Below are positions 1-11,500 of a DNA stretch of 52,392 nucleotides, piece after piece. How positions within the stretch are numbered: position 1 is the stretch's first letter; each line of letters opens with the position of its first letter. Position numbers and translations under genes: made by a program. The notes beneath the pieces were generated by a model. That model had not been told where the DNA came from. It saw nothing but the letters and a program-made list of their open reading frames with translations, and made no database searches. The stretch is from a virus: positions 141,780-194,171 of IMG/VR virus record IMGVR_UViG_3300045988_103014, one strand, 5' to 3'.

Positions 1-2464
1 ACCCATCGTTGCCAGCTTCATAGGAAGGGTGGAATATCGCCCAGGTCACACCATCGGTAATTTCCTTTTGGTCTAATCCGTCTACCGCCCATAATCTATA
101 TCGTTCTTTATAATAATCTGCCTTTGTTCCAGAAGAGTCATAAAGAATTTTTGTTGCACCTTCAATACCACAATAATCTTTATTAGCTCTATAAGGGATA
201 GGTAGATAACAAGTTAATTTTACTGCGTTTAATACTTTTGTACCTGCAGCAACTGTGGGGTCTGCAGTTACTTGCGCTTGTAATATTGCCGCATGCGGAA
301 CACTAGCACCACCAACATAACGAATGTAAAAACACTTGTCTGCATTGATTGTTGGCGCTGTACTTAATTTATTACCAAACTCATCACAAAAATATAATCT
401 GTCCTTATCGGCATCATTTAAGTGATACCAAGAAATGTTAACTCCATTATTCCAGAAGTTAGGAACCTTCTCATTATTAAAATCAAACATTGAGAGATTG
501 ACTTTAATAACTTGGTTGTCCTGTCCGGTAATACCGACATTATCTGACTCAAAACTCATTCGGAATGTAAAATCAGTGCCATTAGTACCCATAGGCCCGA
601 AAGTCATTTCTTGAGATGCTTCATATGCAACATTATTTTTAATTACATAACAATATACAGTATTATTAGTTGCGCTCTCTTGGTAATAATCTTTGATACG
701 GAATTTTTGTTCACAGCTCCAATCAGATACCGTACCTGGGTCTTGTGCGATTGCAGCACTTTTACCACTCAATCTTTTAATGTAAGCAAAACCATTCTCA
801 ACCCAATATGAAGTTGCGGCATCCGTGCTCTTATACTCCTTACCATCTTCAGGTGGGTAAATCATTGAGTTGGTTAAAGGAATCTTCCAAACGATAGATT
901 CTGCACCATCCAATGTCTGTTCACCAGTTACTAAAGATTTGTAAGTAGCTCTCATTACACGCATCTTAGTAGCTTCATTTGAGTTTTGGATTTGATTAGA
1001 AAGATTATAAAGTAAATAGTTTCCTTTATATCCCTTCTCATCTACAAGAATTTGCAAACCGTTAATAAGGTCTGCGGTCATCTTATCAAAAACAGGAACC
1101 TCGCTCTTAAATTCAATAGGTTCACTTGCATAAATCTTTCTTTGACTTTGAATATCAAACTCATATTGGTCTAATAGTTTTTTCTCATCACTATCATCAC
1201 CCTTGCCCTCGGCGTTAATAACCAAAAGCTTATAGTCAATATTCATATCTTCATCAAGCTGGTTAGTTATCCATTGTCTTGAAGGCACTTCAATAATTGC
1301 TTTATACTGTTGAGAATACTCAGTTGTATCTGGGTCTACTTCAAGAGTAAGTTTATTGCGTCCCTCCTCAATCTCAAACCACAAAGGTCCAGCCAACTCA
1401 TCCACTTCATCTTGGACTTTAAGTTGATATTTATACCAATGAATTTCTGCATTCTCTGGAATTTCATCTTCAGCATCTACAGAATAAATACCTTCATTGG
1501 TTGCGCGAATCCAGCGCAATTTCAAAGTCTTATGATTTTCTTGAGTCAAATTATTTAAGTTATAAGTTGGCTCATTTAAACAATAGATTAAAACTGCATC
1601 ATCATCAAATTTAGTAATATCATATCCAAAACCAACTTGTACATTTTGAACAAAGATATTGTCCATTAAGGTATTGCCCGTTACCGAATCCTTAGTGGGT
1701 GCGGCCTCTCCGGTTGAAGTTCCAAAGTTCGCGTCCTGGTAGAACACTAATTCCAGGTTAGTAATTTGACCTTTAATAAATGAAACATCAAATGTTTTAG
1801 ATTGAGAATAAAAACTCTCAAAATTATATGGATTACCATACATATCATCTGAGTCTAATACAAACTGTGCAACTTTAACAGAGTCTTCTGCATTTACACT
1901 TGCTTTATCAATATAAGAAACAAACAAACACAAACCAAAATTACCACTATTAACCTTTAATTTTTTTAGCCACGTTTTGAATTCTGCCTGAATTCCTAAT
2001 CGTTCAAAACCTTTTCCGTTCTGTACAGTGGCTTTCCAAATTGTTTTCCTATTAGGAACGTCTAGGGATTCACCATTTTTTGTAATCGTATTTTTAGAGT
2101 TGGCCAACAAAGACGCTGTGCTGGTGAAATTACACAAATCTCCTGTGATGTTAATAAAACTATCAAGAGGAGAGATATATGTAAGACTTTCACCTGGACT
2201 AACATGTTTGCCAACAATTAGTTTTTGGTTTCCATAATCGCCATTAGGTATGGTTACATAAACCGAATCTTCTTCCTTGAATGTAACATCTTTTGAATAA
2301 GCACTAAAAGTTGTCGCACCATCAGTAACTTCGTATTCACCATTCTCGGCATTTGATGCATCGACAATCGTACAAATAATTGTTTTGTCGAACTCTAAAT
2401 CAGACAAACGCTTGCTTACAAGTACGTCCACAGATTGCATCAAAATCTCTGAATAATCTACCAT
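1..2464 (-). CDS. tail tip / distal tail structural protein, 5' part only (gene continues past window start)
   Basis: Minus-strand ATG at 2464-2462 preceded by GAAAGGAGG (2471-2479, 6-nt spacing). No complete ORF is listed for this frame, so it stays open to position 1. It lies immediately downstream of the tape-measure gene; product starts MVDYSEILMQSVDVLVSKRL... and is beta-rich. Confidence 0.5.
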   Translation of the reverse strand, partial: MVDYSEILMQSVDVLVSKRLSDLEFDKTIICTIVDASNAENGEYEVTDGATTFSAYSKDVTFKEEDSVYVTIPNGDYGNQKLIVGKHVSPGESLTYISPLDSFINITGDLCNFTSTASLLANSKNTITKNGESLDVPNRKTIWKATVQNGKGFERLGIQAEFKTWLKKLKVNSGNFGLCLFVSYIDKASVNAEDSVKVAQFVLDSDDMYGNPYNFESFYSQSKTFDVSFIKGQITNLELVFYQDANFGTSTGEAAPTKDSVTGNTLMDNIFVQNVQVGFGYDITKFDDDAVLIYCLNEPTYNLNNLTQENHKTLKLRWIRATNEGIYSVDAEDEIPENAEIHWYKYQLKVQDEVDELAGPLWFEIEEGRNKLTLEVDPDTTEYSQQYKAIIEVPSRQWITNQLDEDMNIDYKLLVINAEGKGDDSDEKKLLDQYEFDIQSQRKIYASEPIEFKSEVPVFDKMTADLINGLQILVDEKGYKGNYLLYNLSNQIQNSNEATKMRVMRATYKSLVTGEQTLDGAESIVWKIPLTNSMIYPPEDGKEYKSTDAATSYWVENGFAYIKRLSGKSAAIAQDPGTVSDWSCEQKFRIKDYYQESATNNTVYCYVIKNNVAYEASQEMTFGPMGTNGTDFTFRMSFESDNVGITGQDNQVIKVNLSMFDFNNEKVPNFWNNGVNISWYHLNDADKDRLYFCDEFGNKLSTAPTINADKCFYIRYVGGASVPHAAILQAQVTADPTVAAGTKVLNAVKLTCYLPIPYRANKDYCGIEGATKILYDSSGTKADYYKERYRLWAVDGLDQKEITDGVTWAIFHPSYEAGNDG

Positions 2465-2540
2465 AATTGGCCTCCTTTCACTCCATAATCTCTACATAAA
2501 TTTGAAAAACAAATAAGATTTATTGGTTATATTTGACCAA

Positions 2541-2576
2541 TAAAAAAAAGGGGAGTAGGATTAAATCCTACTCCCT
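2541..2576 (-). terminator. rho-independent terminator downstream of tape measure gene
   Basis: On the minus strand: GGGAGTAGGA-TTTAA-TCCTACTCCC followed by T8; 6 nt after the TMP stop. Confidence 0.7.
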
Positions 2577-2581
2577 CATAT

Positions 2582-5500
2582 TTATCTAACGCGGTTTGCG
2601 TATTGAGAAGCTGTGTTAATAAGGTTATTGAATGCCAACTCGATTTCGCTATGGTCTGTAGCGTCAGGGAAGTCTGCGTTAATTTCAATGTTCTGTACGA
2701 TTTCAGGTGTGCCTCCACGACCAATCATAGGTTGCATCATGGAATCCATCATTGCGCTTGCGTACTTCGCATTAAAATCAATTCTATCAGACATCTCACG
2801 AACCATGTCAATGGCTTGTAAGAAATTCTCTGTATCTTTTGCATTTAAGACAATCTCTTTAGAGTGTAATAATGCTAAACGTCCTGACTTATCACCCCAA
2901 TCACCAGTGTATCCACCAGTGTCGAATGAGCCATAGTAGAACTGTTTCAACTGTGCTCTCTTACTAGCCCATGCCTTATAAATGTCTCCATTCTCAGCAT
3001 GTGCGTTAATATAAGCCTGCGCACCAGAAACTCCCTTAGCAGCCAGTCTTTGTTGTCTGGTTGAACCAGTACCCCATCCAGAAGCACTAGAACCATCCAT
3101 CCAAATTGCTGCGGCAACTCCTTCGACTTTATCAGCATTATTAGCGCCTCCTCCGGAACCGCCACCATCGCCGGAACCAGAGCCGCCTCCATTTCCGCCG
3201 CCTCCGCCAGAGCCGCCATCTCCTGAGCCTCCGCCAGGATTGTAATTACTTACAGCGCTCATTGCATCAGCCATCTCTCGCTTCATTTCATTAAATGACT
3301 CGATTAACTCTTTATTCTTAGCAATAGCATCATCGATTGCAGAACCCCATTCTGCCTCCCAGTTAGCAATAGCTGAAAGTGTTTCAGAGAATGTGTCTTC
3401 CATCTGCTGGCCCATATCAACAACTGATTCAGCTGCCTTTTCTGAGTCATGAACATTGCGGTCAGTGTCTTCCTCCATCTTATCTGCAAATTCATCAACT
3501 GAAGTACCAGCTAATTCCATCGCAGTCTCAACATCAGTTTGCCACTCACTATATGCCGCAGATAAATCCAATAACATTTCTCCAGAAGCAACGGTCCATG
3601 CATTTTGAGCCTCTTCTAAAGAGCCGAAACCAGTTAAGATTGCGTAATTAGTTTCTTCAAACTTATCTACGTAATTCTCATCATCAGAAATCTTATACCC
3701 AGTCAAGTCATGGTATTTCTGCCAATCATTTTCATATAACTCACGATTGTTGTCAAGAGCCCCACCTAATTGTGAGTAATAGAAATCCATCTTTTGGTCA
3801 TAATATGCTTGTGTGCGGTCAACCGCTTCACGCCACTCTTCGTAACTATTGAAATCACTTTCTTTAATTGCGGCGAGTGCTTCTGCACATTCTGCCTGAG
3901 TTTGGATAATCTGTTCTTGCAACTGTTTAATGTAGTCTCCGTTCAATACCTGCATTTCATGAAGTTTATCTTCATAATTCTGCTCGGCATTTGCTACATC
4001 ATCATCGTTAGCAGTATATACATAACTATAGTTACCATCTTCACCACGAACCATACCCACAGAACTTTTTGCGTTTTGAGCTTCCTCTAGTGCAATCTGA
4101 GCCTGCTTCAACTCGAATTTTTTCTGTAATACTTCTAAGTCATACTCGCTTAGTTTAGTACCATCTTCTTCGATTTGGTTGATTTCTTCAAGAAGGTCTC
4201 TATACTCTTCTTTTGCGGCGATATTATCAGTATCATCAATACTATTGTTAATATCACGAGTTAATTTACTCAACTGATAAATCTGCTCGTAATCTTCAAG
4301 ATACTGACTATCAAGGTCAGATGCTCTATCATAAGCCTCTTGAAGTTCATCTAAGCTGCCATAAAGTCCAGCAATCTTATCTGAAAACTCTTCAATAATA
4401 TTATCAACTGCTTGCGCATATCTATCCGCAGAAGCCTGTAAAGCCTCTTCCCAACTTGACATAAATGCTTCTTTAGCACTTTGAAGTTCATCTTCCATTT
4501 TGTCAAGTAACTGCTGTCTCTCCTTGAGAGCCTGGTCACTCCAACCAGAAGTGTCTTCATTCTTAAGCTGGTCATATGAAGCCTGTAAAGCTTCCATCTT
4601 AGCCTTATTAGCTTTTAATAAGTCTTGTGACTGACTCACTACTGACTTATTCATCTTGTCGATAAGGTCATTAGAAACTCCTAAGAATTTCTTACCTACA
4701 ATATCAACAATATTTTGATAACTTTGAGTAATACTCTTAAGATGTTCAATCTTTGCAAGACCTCTATCCATCTTTTCAAGATATTCTTCAAACTCATCAT
4801 TTACTTGCGCCCATGCATTTTCACGCATCTCACGCAATTTTTCATTCGCATCTGCTAAACCATCAACATATTCTTCAAGTTTTGCAAGACCTTCTTCAGT
4901 TAGTCCGCCCTCTTGAAGCTCTTCTAATGAAACATCTCCATTTAAGAATCCTTCAAGACCACCATCATAACCACTTAATGATAAGATATCCTCAATACCT
5001 TTCTTATACTGGTCAATCTCATCTAAAGTCTTACCGGTCTGAATACCAATGTTTGCGATAGCCTCAGCAGCATGGAAATCTTTATCTTCAAGTTCTTCTA
5101 ACAAAAACTCTAAATGTTTAATATCACGCTCATCTACATCAAGCTTGATTTGTACAACATAATCAATTTTTTCTAATTTTGCATCAAAAATAGCATCTTT
5201 ACGCTCTTGGATTTCATTCTGAATTTCTGTTAATTTATCTTGGTCTTCCTCATACTCTTGAATGAGTTTTTGAATTTCTTCGTTACTCTTTTCAAGATTG
5301 TCATTTAACATATCTACATATCCAGAATAGTATTCTCCATCAGCATTTGTTCTATTAGACCACTCTTTATCTAACTTTTCCTGCTGTTCTGCGCTTAATT
5401 GATTATATTCATCAACACCTAGATTGTAAGTATCATATGCCTTCTGATTCTTCATTAAAGCGTCATAATTAGTAATAACGCCATCTTTACCAAATTCTGC

Positions 5501-8500
5501 ACCTAATTTAGCCAAAGCACTTTTTTCTTTCTTTAAATTACTTTCAACCTGGTCAGCATATTCTTCATTTTTTCTAATTAACGCTTCTTGAGCTGCGATT
5601 TCATCATCAATTAGCTTTAGCTTTTTAGCACCGAATGCTCTATCTTTGGCTTTAGATACTTTTTCAAGGGCTTTAGTTAACTCTTCTAATTGTTGAGTTA
5701 CTACATGATAACGCTCAGGCTCGTCACTCTTTTTGTGACTTTCTTTCTTTGGGTCTTTTGGAGTTTTATCTCCGCCGCCGCCACCGCCAGCGCCACCACT
5801 AGTTGTAGAAGATTTGCTTGGTCTAGGAGGAGGAGCAGGAGCAAACGCAGTGGTAATTCCACCCTCACCCTCAGTACCCTCGATTTCATACTGAGGAACA
5901 ACTCCATCTACAGAAGTAACACCAGCATCGTATGTACGAGTAATCTTCTTAATTAAATTAACTTCTTGGTTTTTCCATTCACCATTCTCGCCAGGTACCT
6001 GAACAGTTGCCGTACCATTAGATACAACAGCTTCTTCGGTAATTGTCTGAGGAACTTCAACTGTTTGTGGAATGTAAGTAGTCTTTACATTGGCACTAAC
6101 ATGTAAACCTGCTAATGCAGTTTCAATTTGCTCCTTAGTCATATTACCAGCAGCAATCATCTCATTAAATGAAGCAATTAAATTACTCTGGTCTACACCA
6201 GGAGACTCAATAGCCTCTGCCATATTAGCTTTTAGGTATTCCCATTGAGCTTCAAATGAGGCTAAGTCTTCACCCTCAAGATTAACCTTGATGGTTTTAA
6301 TCATCTCTTCAGCAGCTGCAGATTGCAAACGCTGAATAGCATCAACATCTCCATCTAATGCTTTTTTAAGGTCTTCAGAATTTAATGTAGCTTCAGCAAA
6401 ATCATCAGAGAGAGTAGACATATCCATACCAAGGATATCTGCCAAATCTTCTTTAAGAGCATCCATGGTTTTTGACCACTCGGCGGTGCCCTTATTAGAA
6501 GCGTTTAAAGATTTTTTATAGTCTGCTAAATTCTTATTTAAATTCAACAAACCTCTATCCAAACGAGTATTTGCTACCGCAGCTTTCTTCGCAGCAGCTG
6601 CAGCTTGTTCTTCAGACATACCTGCGGCTTTGAACTCTTCTTTTAAACGACTTGCATATGAAGAAACTTCTTTGGCATCTAAATTATATTGCTTTGAAAG
6701 TTCTCCAATTTCAATCTCTAATTCTAAGGCTGATTGTGCCGCCTTAATTTGAGAAGAATCACCAGTTAATAAAGCCTTTGAGTAATTCTCAGCTGCTTTT
6801 GCACAGTTATCATACTGCTCAGCCATTTTAACTAATGCGTCGCCATACTCAATAGTATCTAGACCAGTATTGCCATCCTTACCAGCCGCTCTAATACGCT
6901 GTAATTCATCTAAACTTTGTGCTTGTTGAGCTAAAACGGTTAACTGTTTATCATATGCCTCATCAGAGATTTCATCTTTCATTGCCAACAATTCATCCAG
7001 ATTGGCAGCTGTTGATGCCAACATCTCTTTGAATTGAGCATCCATTTCATCAAGTTGTTCACCCTGGAACTCACCAATACGCTGGTACATTTCTCTTAAT
7101 TGAGCCGTACCTTCAGCCACCAAATCTTCCTGACCACTCTCTGCTTTAGTAATCATATCCTGAATAATTTCATCAGTATATCCTAAAGTTTCAAGCATAT
7201 CTTGAGTGGCGCCATTTGCATTAAGTAAGTTTTGAGCAGTACCTGTATCTGAACCACTTTTATTCTTCCAATCAGCGCTTACCCACTGACCAGTTTCATC
7301 ATCTTCATGACCCCAATTAGCCTTCTTAAAGCCTTCTTGTGCGGCTTTACGAGCCTCAAGCTCTTTCTGTTGTTCACGAATATTTTCACGAGTTTCCTCT
7401 CTCATGGCTTCAGCGTCGCCAATAAACATTCTTGAACCATCAGCTTGTAATATGAAGAATCGTTCCCATTCATTATTGTAATCAACTAATTTCTGGTAAT
7501 CTTCATCTTTAATAACTTGACCAAAATCAAGGTCATTTAAAATTGCGGTAATTTCATTTAAATCAGTCTTAAGTGTAGTGTAATCAGGAGTTGCTCCAGC
7601 TGCCGTACGCATTTCTGCCGCAAACTCTTTCCACTCTTTTGAAGTTAAATCAATATCCCCGCCAAATTGTTGTAAAACCTTATCTGCTTGATTAAGAGCG
7701 TCCCAAGAACTCCAATCAATATCCATCAAAGCCTGCATTGCAGCTTGCTTATCATCTGCATCTACATTCTCTAACATCGAATTTAAACCTAAAACAAAAT
7801 CCTCACCAGCCTGTTCACCAACTGGACCAAGGTTTAAATCATTAACAGTATTTTCTAAGGCTTGAGCTGTTTTTAATGACAGTCCATTTGCAATTGACTC
7901 ACTTAAAGACTCTGGAATATGAACATCTTGCCAAGCTCCAGAAGTAGAGTTAAACTCTTCTACAAAAGCCTCTTTCATAGCCTGAGCAGATTCGTATCCC
8001 ATGGCTCTGGCTTCATCATCTGTTAAAATTCCATCGCCATCTCCAATATTAGCCGCTAAATAACTATCAGCTTGATTTGCGTCAATAGTATTTCCAGCAG
8101 TCACACCAAGTTCAGATGCTATTGCATCAAACTCTTTCTTATTGGAATATTCCATATCTCCGCCCAAGAAATCTGCCAATGCTTGGTCTGCAGCATTACT
8201 AGAAGTCTCTAAACGATTAAAAGTTTCTATTAACTTATCAGTTTGTTGACCCAGTGCTTCCGCCGCCTCAGCTGCTGCTAATTGCATTGCAATTTGCTCT
8301 CGAGTTACTTCTGCAGTTTGTTTTTTACCTTCTTCGTCTATGTATTCATACTCAACATTACCACCTTTTTTATAGTTGGTAACTTTATATCCATTTAACT
8401 GGTCGAGACCCATCTGTTGAGCATAAGCTTGCATTGCTTGTTTATTTTCTTTACTTCCAATACCAAACAAGTCATCATTTTTAGTCATTTTGAAATACTT

Positions 8501-11500
8501 GTCGTAAGCATCTTCATATAAATCTTCTTGTAATTTTCCACCTACATTAGCAACTTTATCTTGGGTCTCTTCATCTGCCTGAGTGAAATTCTCATTCTCA
8601 GACATTGTAATTTCAGCCGCCATACGAGCCGCATTAGACAACTGCTCTTCAGCTGAAATGGTTTCTCTAACTATATCTTTAACGGATTCGATATAAGCTT
8701 TATTTGCAGTATCAAAACCTAATTCTTCTAACTTAGCTGCATCAAAGGCTTCATCGCCCATTTGTCTATATAAATCTGTTAAGTCGTTAATTCGAGACTC
8801 TTCTACTGCATTATCAATACCATTACTAATACCCGCAGTTAAAGCTCCGCCAATAGCTCCTATGATAGCGCCTGGAATTGCTCCAATACCTAAGAAAGTA
8901 GCTCCTGCTCCAGCGCCCGCAGCAGCACCAACTCCAATAGCTGCACCCATTGACATATCATCACTGCGCACTAAATTGGTTGCATTTGATTTTGCAGACA
9001 ACTGTCTTGCTCTAGCATCAGCCATTAAACTTGAAGCTTCTGCAGCATTAACTCTCTCACTCTCCTGGTCTTTAATGCGTTCCATTGCTTCATCGGAAAC
9101 CTTTAATTCTCCGTTCACCCAATCATAGTCTTCACCACGCTTAAGTCCATTGGTTTGATTGATTAAGTCTAAAGCGGCTTGATTGGCTTGTTTCAATGCT
9201 TCACGGTATTCTTTAGTGCCTTTTGTTAATTGGTCTAATGCGTCTCTCGCAGTTTTATATTTCTCCATGGCTTGTACCATAGATTCATAATGAGCTTTAG
9301 CCTCATCGTAAGCTTCAGCAAGACCCTTAGCAGCATTTGCAGCATTCTCTGCGGCAATAGCATCAGCATTATATGCATTTGAAATTGCTTTTGCAATAGT
9401 TACTACAACTGCAATAATAGCGGCTAAAGCGGCCATTGCGGCAACTAATAATAAAGTAACTGCAAGTAAAGGCCAGCTGGCTGCTAATTCAGCTAATTTC
9501 GCAGCTACTTTTGCCCAGATACCAGCAGTTTCACCTTTGTCTGCAATCGACTTTAATCCAGTTGCTAAAGTGCTAGCGCCTTTTATTAGTAAGTTCTTTG
9601 ACTCTGCGGCATTATCTGCTTCAATAGCTAAAGCCAAATCCTTATTCATTGATGCTAACGCTCTAACGCCCATTATCAAAGCAGGAATTCCCATTAACAA
9701 AGATTGAGTAATCTGTTTGAATTTCTCCATAGGTTTCATATCTTTATTTCCTAGGGATTCTAATGCAGAACCCAAAGAACTAATACCCATGGTAATTTGA
9801 GAAATGCCTGAAAATGCTCGGACAATTGTTTGACCAGTGGTTCCCATTGAGTCAGCAGCGTTTTTAGCGGCCTCTGCCTTTGCTTTAAATTCTTCAATCG
9901 CAGCACTAGCAGCATCAATGGCAGAATCCATATCCATACCAGCAGAAGTTAATTCAGCGACTTTTTGTCTAAATCCATCAAGTTCTTGAGTAGTCCAGCC
10001 AAACTTCTCTCCAAGTTCACCCGCTACATTGTCGATATCAATGAAAGTACGGTCAGCAAATTCTCCGTTTTGAGCCAATTCTTTAACCTTAGCATTAAAA
10101 GCATTTACATCTTTTGTGCTAGCTCCAATTGCTGAACCAAGAGCCTTAACAGTTGATGAATGTCGGCTAAAACCAGCATCGGTTAAATTCTTATGAATTT
10201 TTTTCAACCCATCTGCGTATGCTTTAACATTTTTACCAGAACCAAATTCTCTATCTAACTGCTCTAATTCACGTTTTGCTCTTGTTGCTGCTGTTTCCAT
10301 AGCCTGAATCTCTGCTAACGCTTTACGAGATGCACCAGACGACTTACCACTACGCTGAGCCTTGTTAACCATACTCTGTCGAGAATCTTGTAAATTATCA
10401 GACTTTTCATCTTTTAATTTAGCCATCTCTTCTACTTGCTTGCGGTAAGTGTTAACGATGTCTAATCTATGCTGCAATTCAGCAACATCTTCTGCACTAA
10501 TATCTTTTGCAATTCCGTATAAAACTTTTTGTAACTCATTTTGAGTTTTTAAAGAGTTGATTTTAGCATCACCAAGTTCAGTGCCGGAGTTAGCCTGAAT
10601 CTTCATAGCCTCTTCATAAGCATTTTCTCTTAAAACTGCTTGTTGCTCTTTAAATTTTTGAGTTTGTCGCTCAATATTGAAAATCATATTATCAATACTT
10701 TTTGCAACGGAATCACCATATAATTTATTGATTAGTAAAACTACTCCAGGAAGAATTCCTCGTAGTCCACCTAATGAGTCAATAACACCATCAACACCAG
10801 TTAATATTTTTTCAAATCCATTTAAAACAGAGATAAAAAACTTATCATCTAGTAATGATGAATAAATTCCTTCAGCAGCCGCTCTAACTCTGTCTCTAGC
10901 TGCCTCCCAAGATTCAGCATAAATATCTGCCTGCTCTTGTAATGCACCAGATGAGTTTTGTGCTACTTTTAAATTATCTTGGAAATCAGTTTGCCAAGAA
11001 TCCATTAACGCAATAAGTTGGTTATACTGACGTACACCCGCAACAGTTTGAGCTAAAGCTACCTGTTGGTCTTTTGCCAATGAACCCCATTTAGCACCCA
11101 TCTCATCCAAAATGACATCCATGTCTTTCAAATCTCCATTGGCATCTTTAATACTAATACCAACAGACTGTAATGCTTTTGAATATTTATTTAGGTCAGT
11201 ACCGTCATCAAGAGTTTCTCCCAAATTCAAACCTTGAATACGAGCAAAAATAGTCTTAAACGCAGTACCAACAACATCTTCACTTTGACGAGTCTTTGCT
11301 ACGACTGTTGCTAATGCAGTTGTCGCATAATCATAGCTTAAACCAATCTGCTGACCAATAGCAGCAAATTTTTCAAGACCACCGGCAATTTCAGCTGAAC
11401 TTGATGCAGTAGCCGCACCTAATGCAGTAATAACATCTGCGTATGACTCTAAATTAGCCTTTTCTCCAGCAAAGTTATTCCAAATTGCTGTCATATAAGA